Shown here: piece by piece, positions 62,369 to 64,000 of the stretch
How positions within the stretch are numbered: the stretch's first letter is position 1
How the letters are laid out: every line of letters starts with the position of its first letter
Assembly: GCA_050250895.1 (NCBI GenBank)
Contig: JBFWNU010000002.1
Span: forward strand, 439,659 to 503,658
DNA: 64,000 nt
Reading direction: 5' to 3'
DNA from: Vulcanimicrobiota bacterium
GTDB taxonomy: Bacteria > Vulcanimicrobiota > Xenobia > Xenobiales > JADMJV01
Translations under genes and position numbers: made by a program
Notes under the pieces: generated by a model
The model's database searches: none
What the model was told of the DNA's origin: nothing
Seen by the model: the letters and a program-made list of their open reading frames with translations, nothing else

Positions 62369-64000
62369 ATGACAGCCCCACCGCCCCCCGGGGAAGAGCG
62401 CGTCGGACCCGCAGTCGCTCTGCTCGCGCTCGGGCTGAGCCTGCCGGTGGTGTTCTCGTTGGTCTACCTGGTGGCTCCCGAGCAACCCGCGGGTTTGTTG
62501 GGGTATCTACTCTTCGAGTCCGACGCCGGAGGGCTGTTGGGGGCGGGCGCGCCGTTAGGTCGGATTCTCTGCTTTGGTGCTGGCGCTCTCTGGCTGATGC
62601 AGGGGCCCCGCGTGCCCCAGGCGCTCAGAGGGGTAAGTCTGGCTCTGGCCGGGCTCATCGGCTGGAGCCTGATTTCAGCCCTGGCCTCGCCCTTTCGCCA
62701 TGATGCCCTGGTGGTCTGGATGGACCTGCTGGTGGCCGGATTGGTGTTCGTGATGGGGGCCGACTATGGTAGTCGCTGGGCTCCCGAGCGCTGGGTCGTG
62801 CCCGTGGTGGCGGCGGCGGTGCTGGTGTTGCCGGCGAATTTTCTCAGTCTCACCCAGCCATCTCCGTTTTATCCCTATATGATCGGTGCCTTCCAGGCGC
62901 CTAACCCGCTGGCCGGATTCTCGTTGCTCTTTTTACCCCTGGCCTTGGCTCTGACCTGGTGGCAAGACCCACCCGTAGCCGGCCGCCGACTGCTCATCTG
63001 GCTGCTGGGAGCGGTGCTGGCGGCCCTGTTGATCGTATGCGTCCTGATGGCCTTCTCTCGCACCGCCATGGCCGTAATGCTGTTGCTGATCGTAGCCGGA
63101 TTGGGACTGGCCCGCCCGCCCCTCGGGCAGGGGTTGGGAATGTTGGCTCTGGTCGCGATGCTGGTGCTCGGCTTCACCCGCGCCCTCGACCCCCAGGGCG
63201 AGCGAACCCAGTTTGCCCAGCACCGGGCCGAGCGGCTGGTGAAAGGAGACTCTTCTACCTCGGCTCGCTTCAAGCTGTGGTCGGCGGGCCTGGCCATCGC
63301 CCGGGACTATCCCGTCTTGGGCGTGGGCCCGGGAGGTTTTCGGCGAGTCTACCCCCGAGTCCAGAACGACGTGCGATTTTTTTCCAGTTCTCCCCACAGC
63401 TGGCTGCTCACGCTGGCTTGCGAAGAGGGCTTTCCGGCACTGCTGCTGGCCCTCTGCGCGCTGGGTCTGGGGCTGCGGGCAGCCTGGCCGTTCTGGAACC
63501 GCCACCCGTTGGCTCGCGCCCTGCTGCTGGGCGCGGGGGGATTTCTGCTCTATGATTCGGTCGATGTCCAATTGCGCTACCCCGCCGTGGTGTGGTTGAT
63601 GACCGCCGCGGCCGGACTGAGCCTGGCTCAATCCCCCAGCCTGTCACTTGGAAAGAACTGGCGTTGGGGCGGGCCGGGGCTGGCGCTACTGGCGGTGCTG
63701 CAATGGCCCCTCATCCTGGTCGACTATCATCTTCATCGGGGCGATCAGACCCTGGCTGCCCGCCAGTTCGAGGTCGCTTATTCCGAGTACACCCGTGCCC
63801 TATCCATCGACCCCTTCGAGGACCGCGCCTGGCACCAGCGTGGGTTAGTGCTGCTCAACAGCCTGGGCCAACCGGCCGCGGCGCTCGCGTCGGCCCGCCG
63901 AGCGGTCGAGCTGGCTCCTGACAAGGCGAGCCACTGGCATCTGCTGGGTCTGGCTCTGGAGAAGGTGGGTCAACCCGGCAGCCTCGAGGCCTTCCACCAG
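62369..64000 (+). CDS. O-antigen ligase-family membrane protein with TPR tail (runs off the window; not in the ORF track)
   Basis: Hand translation of sampled stretches in the frame of ATG 62369: many TM segments, SARFKLWSAG...YPVLGVGPGGF, SPHSW. Confidence 0.85.
   Translation, partial: MTAPPPPGEERVGPAVALLALGLSLPVVFSLVYLVAPEQPAGLLGYLLFESDAGGLLGAGAPLGRILCFGAGALWLMQGPRVPQALRGVSLALAGLIGWSLISALASPFRHDALVVWMDLLVAGLVFVMGADYGSRWAPERWVVPVVAAAVLVLPANFLSLTQPSPFYPYMIGAFQAPNPLAGFSLLFLPLALALTWWQDPPVAGRRLLIWLLGAVLAALLIVCVLMAFSRTAMAVMLLLIVAGLGLARPPLGQGLGMLALVAMLVLGFTRALDPQGERTQFAQHRAERLVKGDSSTSARFKLWSAGLAIARDYPVLGVGPGGFRRVYPRVQNDVRFFSSSPHSWLLTLACEEGFPALLLALCALGLGLRAAWPFWNRHPLARALLLGAGGFLLYDSVDVQLRYPAVVWLMTAAAGLSLAQSPSLSLGKNWRWGGPGLALLAVLQWPLILVDYHLHRGDQTLAARQFEVAYSEYTRALSIDPFEDRAWHQRGLVLLNSLGQPAAALASARRAVELAPDKASHWHLLGLALEKVGQPGSLEAFHQ

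Noticed and set aside
1-64000. High frequency of TCGA/CTCGAG
   Set aside because: Explicable by common codon pairs (CTC/GTC/ATC + GAG/GAC); cannot be tested by eye
1-64000. tRNA, rRNA, IS transposase or prophage genes
   Set aside because: None recognised

Overview
GC-rich bacterial chromosomal segment with about 60 genes. The gene style suggests Ca. Eremiobacterota/Xenobia or a related Terrabacteria lineage; this is inference only. The backbone is ordinary: tdk, cls, PPDK-like protein + gdhA, frmA, rsmA, gmhB, LCP, a FecCD ABC pair and an O-antigen ligase. Five things stand out. (1) 4.8-11.3 kb: a divergent methyltransferase / FeeM-LuxI-like acyltransferase pair, where the acyltransferase is fused to a catalytically dead LeuA-like barrel. 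A second dead LeuA-like gene and a MalT-STAND/SARP(BTAD) regulator follow, and mirror-image 11-bp-periodic TGTTGA boxes sit in the shared promoter. (2) 28.3-41.4 kb: a cassette-like island of about 5 co-oriented orphan Rhs toxin-tip/immunity modules, interleaved with 2 full and 2 partial HNH nuclease genes, a 3-copy structured ~172-bp repeat and a duplicated 49-bp promoter. (3) Several signal-peptide-less proteins share an FlgM-like MKI...DRVxLS N-terminus and carry protease, acyl-CoA ligase or glycine-zipper cargo. (4) A divergent Hsp90-like family is present as a full multi-repeat protein plus separate N-terminal-only and C-terminal-only genes. (5) Two promoter classes recur: TANNNT-N6-ATG (leaderless) and sigmaH-like GGWW-N15/16-VGAA. 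All family calls come from motif reading by eye; no searches were run.
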